This document shows positions 63,288 to 64,000 of a stretch of 64,000 nt of DNA, one piece after another. The stretch's first letter is position 1. Each line of letters opens with the position of its first letter. Below the pieces are notes generated by a model. It made no database searches, was not told the origin of the DNA, and worked only from the letters and a program-made list of their open reading frames with translations. The position numbers and the translations under genes were made by a program. The DNA comes from an uncultured delta proteobacterium (GTDB lineage Bacteria > Myxococcota > Kuafuiibacteriia > Kuafuiibacteriales > Kuafuiibacteriaceae), in the NCBI GenBank assembly GCA_963803435.1, contig CAWDML010000006.1, positions 192,001 to 256,000 of the forward strand, in the 5' to 3' direction.

Positions 63288-63643
63288 GTCGCGTGAGCGC
63301 TTACGCGCTACACGCTCCTAGAGGCCGCTTCACTGACAGCTCGACGGCATTGGGGAAAGCGGGGGACGTGCACTCCCTATACGACGCCTCGATCGATTTT
63401 TTTCGGTCGCGAAGACTTCCATCGAGAAAAGGGGAGTCCGTCCGAGCGGCGCTGGAGGAGAATACGTCACCCGATCGCTGAGCCCCGGACGCTCCGAACC
63501 CGCCCCGCCGCCCGCCGAGCCGGGAATACAGACGCGGCCGGGGAGGTCATCGAAACCACATCGCCCTACGGCCATTCAAGCCCATTCTCGCGCTCGGATA
63601 GGAACCTTCCCCGCATTCGACCCTCGCCACGGGCGCGGGTTCG

Positions 63644-64000
63644 ATGCAAGGATGGACTCCGATCGTGTCGGACGGCCTCGACGCCGGCCGGAAAGTCGGC
63701 CCCTACCGCCTGCTCTTTCGCCTTGGCAAAGGTGGGATGGGTGAGGTTTGGGCCGCGTCCCGCGATGAAGCGCAATTTGGCTTTCAAAAGCTGATCGCGC
63801 TCAAAGTCCTGCTCGATAAAGAGAAGAACAGCAACGCAGCCGTGATGTTCTTCGACGAGGCAAAGGCCGCGTCCGCGCTCCAACATCACGCGATCGTTCC
63901 GACCGTGGATCTCGGTCGTGAGGGCGACGTCTTCTATCTCGCGATGGAGATCGTCCGTGGGCCCTCGCTGACGGCGCTCCTCCAGCGGCTGGTCATCAAC
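63644..64000 (+). CDS. Ser/Thr protein kinase, N-terminal part (runs off the window)
   Basis: Manual translation: GPYRLLFRLGKGGMGEVW, FQKLIALK, MFFDEAKAA, YLAMEIVRG. Confidence 0.88.
   Translation, partial: MQGWTPIVSDGLDAGRKVGPYRLLFRLGKGGMGEVWAASRDEAQFGFQKLIALKVLLDKEKNSNAAVMFFDEAKAASALQHHAIVPTVDLGREGDVFYLAMEIVRGPSLTALLQRLVIN

Larger units (their letters stand above)
62185..63318. mobile_element. Non-autonomous inverted-repeat element, 1134 bp, flanked by TA
   Basis: IRL 62185-62250 and IRR 63252-63318 are inverted copies (first 17 nt GGAGCGTGTAGCGCGTA identical); TA at 62183-62184 and 63319-63320; interior looks lower in GC. Confidence 0.8.

Noticed and set aside
63330-63575. 81-aa minus-strand ORF
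   Set aside because: No motif, atypical composition and no clear RBS; more likely non-coding or regulatory DNA.
63645-63672. TGCAAGGATG-N11-TGTC as a third copy of the ECF motif
   Set aside because: Mismatches in both boxes, so it could arise by chance; it would need a position-weight-matrix scan.

Overview
High-GC (visually about 70%) bacterial chromosome segment with a strong myxobacterial (Myxococcota) signature: a MYXO-CTERM protein, a CglF/GltF homologue, a DUF2330 protein, an FHA-sigma54 activator and four Hanks-type Ser/Thr kinases. About 50 genes can be read. No rRNA, tRNA or CRISPR array was found. About 11 reading-frame breaks are present and almost all sit on or next to GATC, which points to long-read errors at a methylated motif rather than real pseudogenes. 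Highlights: (1) a divergent pair of collagen-stalked lipoprotein multiheme cytochromes (9 and 10 hemes), each with a candidate sigma54 promoter and a shared 22-bp-period direct repeat; (2) an ECF sigma/anti-sigma/cglF unit with an identical TGAAAGGATC-N11-CGTCACC motif before both the sigma gene and cglF; (3) a kinase/FHA-EBP module next to a sigma54-driven Asp/Cys-repeat lipoprotein; (4) an atypical Hsp70 near an HPD-less J-like protein; (5) tandem class-A-like serine hydrolases with a remodelled omega loop; (6) a 1.1-kb TA-flanked element whose ~66-bp inverted repeats contain mirrored hexamer arrays and enclose a four-helix-bundle pseudogene plus an IS1182-like remnant. All family calls come from motif recognition by eye, not from database searches.
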